Shown piece after piece: positions 1 through 13,720 of a DNA stretch of 64,000 bases (within the stretch, counting starts at the first letter, position 1; each line of letters begins with the position of its first letter). Below the pieces are notes generated by a model. It did not search any database and was not told where the DNA came from. It was given only the letters and a program-made list of their open reading frames with translations. Both the position numbers and the translations under genes were made by a program. The stretch comes from the human T2T-CHM13v2.0 reference genome, Homo sapiens. Location: assembly GCF_009914755.1 (NCBI RefSeq), contig NC_060928.1. One strand, given 5' to 3'.

Positions 1-1287
1 TGAATGGGTAAAAGCTGGAAGCATTCACCTTGAAAACCTGTACAAGACAAGGATACCTTCTCTCACCACTTCTATTTGACACAGTATTGGAAGTCTTGGC
101 CAGAGCAATCAGGCAAGAGAGAGAAATAAAGGGCATCCAAATAGGAAGAGAGGAAGTCAAACTATCCCTGTTTGCAGATGACATGATCCTATACCTAGAA
201 AACCACATAATCTCAGCCCAAAAGCTTCTTGAGCTGATAAACAACTTCAGGAAAGACACAGGTTACCAAATCAATGTGCAAAAATCACTAGCATTCCTAT
301 ACTCCAACAACTGTCAAACCAAAAGCCAAATCAGGAATGTAATCCCATTCCCAACTGCCACACACACACATACTACACACACAGTACCTAGGAATACAGC
401 TAACCAGGAAGGTGAAAGATTTCTACAAGGAGACCTACAAGATACTGCTCAGAGAAATCAGAGGTCACACAAACAAATGGAAACACATTTCAGGCTCACG
501 GATAGGAAGAATCAATATCGTTAAAATGGTCATACTGCCCAAAGCAATTGATAGATTCAATGCTATTCCTATTAAACTACCAAGGACATTCTTCACAGAA
601 CTAGAAAAAACTTCTAAAATTCATATGGAACCAAAAAAAGAGTCCAAATAGCCAAGGCAATCCTAAACAAAGTGAAAAAACCTGGAGGCATCATGTTACC
701 CAACTTCAAACTATACTACAGGGCTACAGTAACCAAAACAGCATGGTACTGGTACAAAAACAGACACATAGGCCAATGGAACAGAATAGAGAAGCAAGAA
801 ATAAGGCAGCATGCCTACAACTATCTGATCTTCAACAAAACTGACAAAAACAAGCAATGGAAAAAGGACTCCCTATTCAATAAATGGTACTGGGATAACT
901 GGTAAGCCATATGCAGAAGACTGAAACTGGACCCCTTCCTTACACCTTATAAAAAAACTAATTCAACATGGATTAAAGACTTCAATGTAAAACTCAAAGC
1001 TATAAAAACCTGGAAGAAAATACAAGCAATACCATTCTGGAATGGACAAGGATTTCATGTTGAAGATGCCAAAAGCAATTGCAACAAAAGCAAAAATTGA
1101 CAAGTGGGATCTAACTAAACTAAAGAGCTTCAGCACAGCAAAAGAAACTATCAACAGAGTAAACAGACAGCCTACATAATGGGAGAAAATTTTTGCAATC
1201 TATGCCTCTGACAAAGGTCTAATATCCAGCATCTATAATAAACTTACAAGAAAAAAACCAAACAATCCCACTAAAAAGTGGGCAAAG
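1..1287 (+). mobile_element. LINE-1 (older L1PA) ORF2 fragment, frameshifted, RT region
   Basis: Translations [24 protein letters not shown]...[12 protein letters not shown] and [19 protein letters not shown] are L1 ORF2p. Confidence 0.93.
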
Positions 1288-1321
1288 GGCTAGGCATGGT
1301 GGCTCATGCCTGTAATCCCAG
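1288..1321 (+). mobile_element. Alu 5' end (AluS-like), split by LTR12C
   Basis: GGCTAGGCATGGTGGCTCATGCCTGTAATCCCAG; continues at 2988. Confidence 0.9.
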
Positions 1322-2987
1322 TGAGAGGTGACAGCATGCTGGCAGTCCTCAGAGCCCTCACTTGCTCTCGGCGCCTCCTCTGCCTGGGTTCCCACTTTGG
1401 CAGCACTTGAGGAGCCCTTCAGCCCACTGCTGCACCGTGGGAGCCCCTTTCTGGGCTGGCCAAGGCCAGAGCCGGCTCCCTCAGTTTGCAGGGAGGTGTG
1501 GAGGGAGAGGCGCGAGCAGGAACTGGGGCTGCGCGCAGCGCTTGTGGGCCAGCTGGAGTTCTGGGTGGGCGTGGGCTTGGTGGTCCTATAGTCAGAGCGG
1601 TCGGCCGGCCCTGCCGGCCCTGGGCAGTGAGGGGCTTAGCACCCGGGCCAGCAGCTGCAGAGGGTGTACTGGATCCCCAAGCAGTGCCAGCCCACCGGTG
1701 CTGCGCTCGATTTCTCACCGGGCCTTAGCTGCCTTCCCATGGGGCAGGCCTCGGGACTGCAGCCCGCCATGCCTGGGCCTTCCTCTGCCTCCGTGGGTTC
1801 CTGTGCAGCCCGAGACTCCCTGACGAATGCCGCTCCCTGCTCCACGGTGCCCAGTCCCATCGGCCACCCAAGGCCTGAGGAGTGTGAGCGCATGGCGCGG
1901 GACTGGCAGGCAGCTCCATCTGCAGCCCCGGTGTGGGATCCACTGGGTGAAGCCAGCTGGGCTCCTGAGTCTGGTGGGGATGCGGAGAGTCTTTATATCT
2001 AGCTCAGGGATTGTAAACACACCAATCAGCACCCTGTGTTTAGCTCAAGATTTGTGAATGCGCCAGTCAACACTCTGTATCTAGCTGCTCTGGTGGGGAC
2101 ATGGAGAGTCTTTATGTCTAGCTCAGGGATTGTAAATACACCAATCAGCACCCTGTGTTTAGCTCAAGGTTTGTGAGTGCACCAATCGACACTCTGTATC
2201 TAGCTGCTCTGGTGGGGATGTGGAGAACCTTTATGTCTAGCTCAGGGATTGTAAATACACCAATCGGCACTCTGTATCTAGCTCAAGGTTTGTAAACACA
2301 CCAATCAGCACCCTGTGTTTAGCTCAAGGTTTGTGAATGCACCAATCGACACTCTGTATCTAGCTGCTCTGGTGGGGCCTTGGAGAACCTGTGTGTCGAA
2401 ACTGTGTATCTAACTAATCTGATGGGGACGTGGAGAACCTTTGTATCTAGCTCAGGGATTGTAAATGCACCAATCAGTGCCCCGACAAAACAAGCCACTG
2501 GGCTCTACCAATCAGCAGGATGTGGGTGGGGCCAGATAAGAGAATAAAAGCAGGCTGCCAGAGCCAGCAGTGGCAACCCGCTCCAGTCCCCTTCCACACT
2601 GTGGAAGCTTTGTTCTTTTGCTCTTTGCAATAAATCTTGCTACTGCTTAGTCTTTGGGTCCACGCTGCTTTTATGAGCTGTAACACTCACCGCGAAGATC
2701 TGCAGCTTCACTCCTGAGCCCTGCGAGCCCACGAGCCCACCAGGAGGAATGAACAACTCCAGATGTGCTGCCTTAAGAGCTGTAACACTCACTGCGAAGG
2801 TCTGCAGCTTCACTCCTGAGCCAGCAAGACCACGAACCCACCAGAAGAAAGAAACTCCGAACACATCTGAACATCAGAAGGGACAGACTCCAGACGCGCC
2901 ACATTAAGAGCTGTAACACTCACCGCGAGGGTCCGCGGCTTCATTCTTGAAGTCAGTGAGACCAAGAACCCACCAATTCCGGACACA
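1322..2987 (+). mobile_element. Solo LTR12C-type (ERV9) LTR
   Basis: Starts TGAGAGGTGACAGC and ends CCGGACACA; 4-bp TSD CCAG (1318-1321, 2988-2991); GC-rich U3, CCAAT repeats and U5 repeats. Confidence 0.93.
1990..2512 (+). repeat. ERV9 U3 enhancer tandem repeats with 8 CCAAT (NF-Y) boxes
   Basis: Repeated units of TCTAGCTCAGGGATTGTAAA..ACCAATCAGCACCCTGTG; CCAAT near 2022, 2141, 2182, 2260, 2301, 2342, 2470 and 2508. Confidence 0.85.
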
Positions 2988-4098
<1,111 letters not shown>

Positions 4099-4197
4099 AA
4101 ATTTTCTAAGAGAAATAATTTGAATCCACTTATATTTTATGAAATAGTTTGTGTTACTATCTCAAGACTAGAGTTCCAAGAAAAAAAGCTATTGGGT

Positions 4198-4201
<4 letters not shown>

Positions 4202-4248
<47 letters not shown>
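4202..4248. repeat. (TG)n microsatellite, about 23 units
   Basis: Direct reading. Confidence 0.97.
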
Positions 4249-4252
<4 letters not shown>

Positions 4253-4541
4253 CTAAATGTGTTTTATGTGTATTTACATTATGTCATATATTGTATCTAC
4301 AGAGTGCCAAATTGGCTTATAAATAAGTGTTCCCAAAAATTAAAGAAGTCCAAGCATTTTTCAAGTTCACATGACTTAAGTTCACTAAAATTTAAGGTTA
4401 CTAAAAATTCATTTGTAATTCTGTATATAAAATATGCCAAAGAAGATATTCTTTTATTTTAAAAAAAATTGGCCAATTCAGATGTTATTTAAAGTATGGT
4501 TTAAAATACGGATTTAGGAAAAACAACATGGCACTCACTTC

Positions 4542-4613
4542 ATGCTATAGCTCAGTAGCTAAGGCTTTGCTTTTTCATGATGGTGGCCTGGGTTCAATTC
4601 CTGGCTTAGGGAA
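4542..4613 (+). pseudogene. Degenerate tRNA-Glu-like sequence inside the ERV internal region
   Basis: A-box-like TAGCTCAGTAG, TTC at the anticodon position, B-box GGTTCAATTCC, and a 3' end GGCTTAGGGAA resembling tRNA-Glu. Confidence 0.55.
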
Positions 4614-6131
4614 TGAATTCTTTCTGGTTTGATACCTGTGGGACTTTTACAATTTATTTATTCTTTTCCCCTCCATGGATAGCTTCTGATTTCCTGACTT
4701 GAATTTTCTTTTCTTTGAGGGACATTAGGGGTGATTCTAGGTCTTGTGAAAACCATGTGCCATCTGTTTAGAGACACCTTGTGCATCCATGGTTAAGTCA
4801 TAACCTTAAGGCTTATTGGCTTCAATTAGAAAAATATCTTTGAGGAAAACAAAGGGCTTGCTTAAAAGCCAGAGGTGTTGGCTGTTTGTCCTAGCTAGAG
4901 TCTGGTAATTAGAGATATAAAAGGATTTTTTTAAGAGGCGTATGGTTAAAAGTCATCTTAAAAATGGATAAAAAGTTTTATGCTTTTTCTCTTCTTGGCT
5001 CTTGTTTTTTGTTGTTTGTTTGTTTTTCTTTTCAGTCAACTGGATTATTTCCCCAATCTGTCTTCTTATCACCTTCAATGTCCCATGAGAGGACCTATTA
5101 TAATTTCTGACAGCCTAGAACTCCTTGGGATAAACAGAGAAGGTGCCACAGACCCCATTTTGGGGAAAACCTGTTTTCTTCATGGAACCACAGTAATTGA
5201 AAGTGGACAGGTCTGTCTCAAAATCTACGGCCGTCCTATATTTTGTATCATGTTACCTCACCTTTTTGACTTTTGGGGGTATCAGAAATTACTTTGCATT
5301 ATGAGACAACTTTTAGCCTTGGTGTGTAATAGCTAGGTAGAACATATACTTTCAGGGATGGCTAATAGCAGTTGCTTACAGTGAGTCATTATTACCACAG
5401 GCCAATATTTCTTTCTTCTTTTATTTAAATTTTTAAAAAGGTGCTATTGGGCACCTAAAAGACAGAAAATGGAGATGGGCTGATTATAGAATGAGCTGAT
5501 TGGCTTTGGGTTGGCCACTAGTCTTGGAGGAACATTCTTGCAATGAAAAATCTGATGGCTACTGGGTTTTCTTCTGCCTGTCTGTGTAGTTAGATATCCG
5601 TTGTGTGTGTGATGTCTATAACAAGGAGCTCTAATTAATGGACTTAAAGAAGAATAAGTGCTTGGATCAAATATTTTTTAAAGGGAAGATAAAAGCTGTG
5701 GTACCCTTTAAGTTCATGTAACTTTAATCTTTGAGAAATAAAAACAGCCTTAAAGATTATTGGCAATGTAGATGTTGTCAAAATGTAAATATTTACCTAG
5801 GGCTAAAGGGTTGTTTTGAATTAGAAAAGATAATGCTGAAAGTTCAAACAAGTTGTGAAAATATTGTAAAAATTAGCTTGCAAAAGAAATTCTGTGTGTG
5901 AACATATTAACTAAATTCAAAAGGTTATTGTATAGTTTTCCTGTAAATTAAGCATTGAAATAAAAACACAGGGTACTCTTAAGGCACTAATCAGCTCTTA
6001 AGCAAAATTTGTAAAGGGTTATAAAATGTTTTTGCTTTTTTAAAATTTCTGAGTCATCATTTTGGCAAAGTAAATAATTTAAGGAAATCCGGAATTCTAT
6101 CTAATAACATCAAGTGTTTTAAACCTCCAAC

Positions 6132-6495
6132 TTTTTTATTTTTTTATTATAATACTTTAAGTTCTAGGTTACATGTACACAACATGCAGGTTTGCTACAT
6201 AGGTATCTATCCCATGTTGATTTGCTGCACCCATCAACTCATCATTTACATTAGGTAGTTCTCCTAACGCTATCCCTCCCCCAGCCCCCTACCCCTCAAC
6301 AGGCCCTGATGTGTGATGTTCCACTCCCTGTGTCCATGTGTTCTCATTGTTCAACTCCCAGTTATGAGTGAGAACATGTGGTGTTTGGTTTTCTGTCCAT
6401 GTGATATTTTGCTGAGAATGATGGTTTCCTGCTTCATCCATGTCCCTGCAAAGGACATGAATGCATCTTTTTTTATGGCTGCATAGTATTCCATG
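6132..6495 (-). mobile_element. 5'-truncated L1PA 3' end
   Basis: T-tail plus reversed L1 3' UTR; TSD taaacctccaac at 6120-6131 and 6496-6507. Confidence 0.92.
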
Positions 6496-9294
6496 TAAAC
6501 CTCCAACATTTAACAGGCTTCCCAGAATCAAACTTCAGTTTCAAAATTAGCTTTACTGACACCTAGCTTTTTAATGCTACAGAGGGCCCCTAGAGCATTC
6601 AGAAGAGAGGTAAACAGGATTACCTGGCATGTTTAGGTACATGGGATTGCCAAAATGATGTTCAATTTTCTTTAGGTTATATTTTAGTGAAAAATATTAA
6701 CATATATTCCAAAATTGTATGGGGTTTCTAAAATTCTAATGTCTGAGTATATGCTATTGATCACAATTAAGGTTGTTATGTTAAGTTATTGTAAACCACA
6801 GAGATAACCAAATTTCTTTGTCAATTATGTTACTGGCTGTAACTACCCTGGACATTTTGCTACTCACAGAAAATTGTACTGTTTTGATCCTCTGCAAAAG
6901 ATGGTTTATAATCAGCTACAGAACTTTGACAGGTACTCTCAAATGCAGGTTTCTGATAATTTTGGAGATTATGACGTTGGAATAAAGGAAAAATGTACAG
7001 GACTCATGAAGAGCTGAAATGTTTACAAATATCAAGCAAAACTAGAGTTAACTGGATGGACTGAACCAATAGAAAACTGAAGTAATGTTTTTTGCTTTTG
7101 CTTGGAACATTGCTGATCCTTGCTTTGTTCTTCAGAGTCAAGGAAACTTATTTTGAGCTATTTATGGCCTTTAATAATTGAGTAAGTTATACTCCTGTGA
7201 CCAAAATTTGGGGCATATTTGTCTCTCTCTGCCTGGCTTCTCCAGAATTTGGAAACTACTTGCAAGTATTCTTAACTTATGGCAATATAATTGTTTGCAT
7301 CAGTGCAACAAGAATCCACTTTCTTGCAAAGCTGATAAAAGCCCCTTGGGAAAATTGGCCTCATACCTTGTTTACACCATCCTTGTCCAGGGTTCCTGAC
7401 CTGTGGTAAGTGAAAAATGTCACTTTCTGACAGGTCCAGGAGCTCCAGGTTTATCTTGGGACCTTAAGAGGAGAGGATTACCCAGCTCATAGGTATTTGA
7501 TGGCAAAAACCCATGGATGGGCTCAGCTTTAAAAAGTCCTATCTGAGATTCCTTGTGAAACAGAGTTCCATCAAAGTCAATCTAAAAGGCTTATGTAAAA
7601 ATAATTATTCTTGCTGCACTGTACACAAATAATCAGGCCAAGTATAAGACTTATAAGCCTAAAGTCTATTTTGCAAACAACTCCGTCCTATCATGATTTG
7701 TTTTTAGCAGAAATGAGGACTGGAGAGAGAGAAATTATGTTTCCAAACTTATCATACATTTGTCATTAAATTCCAGACTCATTAGTTGTTTTAAAGTTTT
7801 TGCCTACATCTTAGACTAACCCTGCTTATTCCCGTGAACAATCCAGTGACCTCTGACTGCAGCTCAGAAGGAACAAAAGCATAGATAGCTTTTATGGGTA
7901 ATGTAAAAATCTGGATCAATATTCTAATTCTGAGCAATTATCCTGCAAATCTTGCCAGGTGATGGGAAAAAATAGGATGACCATCACCTGGAGGTTTTCT
8001 TTTTGGGAGGTAAGAGCAAGGAAGCTAACCAAAGCCAAGCATCATGCACCCAAATCTTAGCAAGCCTCCTTAACCATAGCCACCAGTTATCTGGGTGTGT
8101 CACAGGTTGTCCTTTAACCTGCCTTGTTGGAGGAGAACTCAATTCCATAGCTTCACCTTAGCATTTGGATTATAATAAGGAGTTCATCCAACCCCCACCA
8201 AGACACATTTTTGGTCCCAAACTCAATTCTAAGCTTTGAGTTGAAGCCCTAAGAAAGAAAACTAGATCTGAGGGGTCCGGAGGCAGACAATAATGGAAGT
8301 TAAAAGGCACAGTGCAGGTGAGTGTGACTAATTCCTGCCAATTAAGCCAAGCTTCCCATTTCATGGATAAAGGTCATGCTAGTATCCATGGCATAAATGA
8401 GGTCTAGGAAATGCAAATACTATTGACAGCAGTGGAGGTAGGACGTACATGGGTCAGAGTGGATATTCCCACCACCTAGGCCTTTCCATTAATATGAGTG
8501 AAAGCCACTTTGATGCCCATGAGTAGCAAGCACCCTGTAATGGTCACTGGGACTCAGGGATATAAGAACAGAAGAAAGAAAGAGGAATATCTCACTTTCT
8601 CTCCCTCATGTACCTCGGGTATTTGCTAGGAAGAGAAGGGAACCAGGGAGACCTGCTCCCTTCTTTCTAGATGAGTAGCTATTCACCTTCAGACTTTACC
8701 CCTTTCGGATGCATCCTGAACCCCTGGGACTCCTTTGAAAAAACCTCCTTTTTTCCTTCTTCCTCCTCTGTCCTCACTTCACTGATAGGTAATCATGTCT
8801 CCATACTATGCGACACTCCCCTCAGATGCATCCTCCAAACTGGGAAAACTCAATTTCCCAAACCTTAAACTGGTTGGCTTAGGATTGGGCCTGGGGAATG
8901 GAACCCAGAAGACTGACATCCTGGCAAAAGGGTAAAAGTCCTTTTTTACCAGTCAGGATTTTGGCCTCCCTCTCCCTGTGCAAACTGGTAAAAGGCCTCA
9001 GGATTCTTGAGCTGACTTTATCCACCCCCCTTGTTTTATTTTGATATATGTTTCCTAATAACCTGGTTTGTCTATTCTCACCTTTAGACTATCAAACTCC
9101 AAACAGTCATGCAACTGGAGCCACAGATGATGGCCCTGTTTGCCAGGGACCCTTAGATAGCCCTCTGAGGGAGCTCTGACTTCTGCCTTCCCAAAACAGC
9201 GCCCCCTGTCAGCAGGAAGCAGTTAAGATCAGCCTTCATTCTTATCCTTATCTTTGTTCTAATAGCAGTTAAGTGTACTTCTTTAGGCAGGGAA

Positions 9295-9634
9295 TGATAG
9301 ATGCAGGAGGCAGATAAGGGGAAGGGTCCCTGGAGAATCTCTGAGCCACCTGTGCACTGGGAGAATGGGGTGGAGCCACGAGAATTTCATGCCTTCTGTA
9401 GGGGGAAAGAGTCTGACCTCTTCAGGTCATGTGTGGTGGCCTGGAATCAATCTGTGAGGTGGGGGCCTGTTAGCAGGACACCCTCTCACTGTACTGAGAG
9501 TTTTTCTTTTTTCTTTTTCTCTCCTAATAAGTTCAACCCTACCCACCCTTCAATGTGTCCATGTGCCTAATCTTTCCTGGTTGTGTGACAAGAACCCAGT
9601 TTTAGCTGAACTAAGGAGCAAAAATTCTGCAACA
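9295..9634 (+). mobile_element. ERV1 3' LTR (MER61/MER83-like)
   Basis: TG...CA termini (TGATAGATGC...CTGCAACA) after a PPT; ends TTTTAGCTGAACTAAGGAGCAAAAATTCTGCAACA. Confidence 0.75.
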
Positions 9635-10914
9635 GCATTCTTATTCTCTGGTCTCTGCAGCATAATCACACCCCCAAATTTTACCTGGTATAGAATCATG
9701 TAGAATAAAGCTGATGGTTTCCAACCTCTCCTGCAACTGAATATGGCTTGATAACTACATCTGGCCAGTAAGATGTAAGCAGAAGTGTCGCATAGCAGTT
9801 TCTGAGACCGAAGGTGCATTTTGAACTTCCTTCATCATCTTTTCTTTGATCCTGCCCCAGCAAATGAGAACTTGAGGCTGGAACTCCAGCCACTGCAAGG
9901 GCTACACTCTGAGGATGGCAGAGCAGTGAGGCCATAGGGCCTTGAGTGCCTGGATTGTGGAGAAGAGCTGCCATCAGCTGTGGATGGTCTCCAAACTGAC
10001 ATTTGTTGGGAAATGCCCCACTGTCTCACTGAAGGCACCCACATTTTGGCCCTCAGCTACTCATCCAATTCTAACTAATGTCAATTTATACAAACAAAAT
10101 GCTTGCTTTCCCCCCAACCCCCAGAGGCTCTTAAGGAGTCAATCTCTGGGTGGAATTTTGGAAAGCTGAATAAGGACCATTTTCCTGATGAGGAAGTGTT
10201 GCTGCTGTTGCTCACCCCACTAAGGATGCAGGCCGTTTGCCTCCCAAAGGTTGTCCTTTAATTCAATTACAGCCTCAACACTTTGTGAAGTGACCCTCTC
10301 CAGACTGAATTATATTCTAATTAGAAAGTTAAGGTTTTCTCAATGTATTATGCTATTGGAGTCCCCAGAAGTCTAGTAATCCCTATTAGCTATGTGTCTG
10401 ACTCATACTGCATATTTTACAGACACTCCTCTACTCTGTGGTTTTACTAAAAATTCCAAAGTTGTGTCTCCCTGGCATGCTGTTAAGGACCTTTTATTTT
10501 TTTTAATTCTGATGAGTGCCAAGCCCTAGAAATTAGACCTGCTACCCCTTTAAAAATGATGTACTCAGCTACCTGAAAATGCTCTGCTTCTTTGCAGAGA
10601 AGGTTTTAGATCAATCTCTTTAGTACAAGCAAATAACCCCAAATGTGTTAGCGCTAAGCACTCAGGGAGCCTTAGATTATTCTGCTTTTTTGCCTGTTAT
10701 GAGCAATGCTGGTGACTAGAACCAACGACTTACTCAAGGGTAACATCCTGAAAAATAGCTATGCCAATCCAGGGTGATATTTATCATTCCTAACCACAGG
10801 CCAGGCATAGACACAGAGAGTCAGATCAGACCTTGGCTGTGTAAACCACTGATATAGCCAAACTGTACAAACCAGCTGACTATCAGCCAGGTGCAGGTTG
10901 ATTATTAAAACTAA

Positions 10915-11463
<549 letters not shown>

Positions 11464-11539
11464 GCTCTTATAAAGCCTTCAGGATTTATTTCTGGCTTTT
11501 CCTTTCCTTTATTTCTGGAGGATGGTTTTTAGCCTAGAC

Positions 11540-11708
11540 ACCCTCTCCTCCCCTCCCCTCCCCTCCCCCTCTCCTCCCCTGTCTTCCCCTCCCCTCCTCT
11601 CCCTCCTTCCCCTCTCCTGCCCTCCTCTCCCCTTCTCCTTCCCTCCCCTCTCCCTCTCTTCTCCTCCCCTCCTCCTTTCCCCTCTCCCTTTTCCTCTCCT
11701 CTTCTCCT
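11540..11708. repeat. C/T-rich polypyrimidine low-complexity tract (CCCCT-like)
   Basis: About 170 bp of almost pure pyrimidines. Confidence 0.93.
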
Positions 11709-11814
11709 GTGATGAGACCCCCTGGCCTTCCCTTTCACTGAGATTAAAATCCCTCCAAATTTTTCACATTCTCACTTCTTTACTTGAAAACAAAAACAAA
11801 AAAAAACCTATCCC

Positions 11815-12110
11815 CTAAGTGAAATATGCCAGTCACAGAAGACTACATTTTACACAATTCCATTCAAATAAAATACAGAATAAGCAAATGTATAGAGAAC
11901 GTAGGTTAGTGGTTGCTTGGGGTTGGGGGAGTGAGGAAATAGGGGAGTGATAGCTAAAGAACCCCCAGGTTTCTTTTTGAGGTGATGAAAATTTTTTAAA
12001 TGCTCTGTGGTGATGGTTACACATATCTGGAAATTTCTAAAAGCAGTTGAATTGTACACTTTAAATGGGTGAATTGTATTTGTAAATTATATATCAATAA
12101 AACTGTTAAA
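11815..12110 (+). mobile_element. L1MB/MC 3' end fragment
   Basis: CTAAGTGAAA..CAGTCACAGAAG...TGAATTGTACACTTTAAATGGGTGAATTG. Confidence 0.75.
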
Positions 12111-13059
12111 TGCCATTCAAGCAAGTATGATCTAGAGAAATATGTGCTAAAATACAAGTTACCAAGTGGTTGCCAATTGACTGAATATTGGCTATTTTGT
12201 TGGATTAACGTTGTTTAAAACAGTTGTCAAAGTTTAAAAATAAAGAAATCTCCCACAAAAATCCAGCTTTTTGCCATCAGAATCTCTGGTATCAATGGCT
12301 CTATATTCCTGCATGGGGAGAAGTGCCTGGCTCAAGGGATCTTGGGATCCCTTCAAATGAGACCTGAGTTCTTCCAGGAACCACCTCTTGCTAAGATTTG
12401 ACTTAATTATTATACTATTACTCCCCATAAGAGTTAGCATCCTCCAAACTAGATCCTTTTTAATTCAACAAATACGTATTGAGTATGTATTAGGTGCCAT
12501 GTACCTTCTCTCTTTCCTCCTATCTGAGGACAAAAACCTCCCAAACCTCTACAATCTTTTCCCACTATCCTCTCCCCCATTAGCCTATAGACCTTTTCTG
12601 GTCTTTCTTATCATAAAAATTGTCAGCCAATTAAACAATCTTCTGTTGAATCCGCTGCTTTCTGAAGTCAGCTGTCTCATCTCTTGCATTCATTTCAAGC
12701 ATAATCTATGTTCACTGGCATTTCTTTGCCTCCTACTCGTTGAACTGGTTGCAATTTTGGTTTCTATTACTCTACTGAAACTCTTCTATTAAAGTTCACT
12801 AAAGGAGAGTAGTGAGTCATCAAATCCAGTGCCCTTTTCCTCAGTTCTCACTTTCCTCAATGCTTTGCCTTTTTTCGGCCTGGAAAACATAGAAAAAAAT
12901 GGAAAGAAAAAAAACATCATTCTATTCTCCTAATATAAAAATTTAAAAAGTCGGTGGAAAGTGGATTTTCTCTTGTTTTTCCCAGACAGAGCTCTTCTGA
13001 TCTTTTGTAGATCTCCCTCAAGGATGAATACCCCCTCCCTCTATACATTGGAGCTGACC

Positions 13060-13720
13060 CACTCATTCAATAAAGCTGGGCCCTGTGGACAAACAAAGCC
13101 TCTGTCCTCATGGAGTCTATAGTCTGGTGGCATATTGGATGAATATATAATTACTAACTGGGCAGCACTCCAAGAGAGACAGTATGATTCTTAAGAGACC
13201 ATGCAATAACAAAGGAAGGTGACCTAGATCGGGTAGGCAGTGGGATCAGGGGAGACATTCCTGGGGAATTTATGTTTGTCCAGTTCATTTCTACTCATCC
13301 TTTGCTTTTCTTCTCATAGAAAGTGAGGAGAGAGAGAGCAAGAGCAAGGGCAAGAGAGTAAATTCCAGGCAGAAAAATAAAACCAGCGTGGGGGAAGCTT
13401 GATGTAGGAACTAAGAGAATACAGAAGGGGAGAGTGGTGAAAGATGAGTCTAGATAAATCAGACGGGATCTTGCAGGTCATGGTAAGAGGTTTGTTATCC
13501 TAAAGCCAATAGTAAGACATGGAAAGTTAAAAGCAAGGGAGATAACATGATTACTTCAACATATTTTTTAAAAATGCTTCTGCTGCAATATGAAGAATTG
13601 GTGCAGGGGGCCAGGGAAGAGACAGGGATTCTAATTAGTAAGTTATTGACAGAGGGTAGGTAAGAGTTGGTGGTTGTTACCAGATTCCAACATATGTAGA
13701 CAATGAAATCAACAGAAGGA
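13060..13720 (-). mobile_element. L2 fragment
   Basis: CATTCAATAAA..CCTCATGGAGTCTATAGTCTGG and purine-rich L2-like sequence. Confidence 0.55.

Larger units (their letters stand above)
4100..9294 (+). mobile_element. ERV1 MER4-group internal sequence (non-coding remnant)
   Basis: AT-rich MER4-int-like motifs, an env-tail-like segment near 9090-9230 (GGACCCTTAGA..CAGCAGGAAGCAG), and a purine tract directly before the 3' LTR. Confidence 0.7.

Noticed and set aside
1328-2057. Cluster of overlapping 70-150 aa ORFs
   Set aside because: They lie in the GC-rich LTR12C U3, where stops are rare; no recognisable protein.
1990-2512. Repeat-spacer-like periodicity resembling a CRISPR array
   Set aside because: These are ERV9 U3 tandem repeats in eukaryotic DNA; the spacers are themselves repeated and there are no cas genes.
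12388-12792. 134-aa hydrophobic ORF
   Set aside because: T/C-rich L2-like sequence gives Leu/Phe/Ser bias; non-ATG start and no homology recognised.
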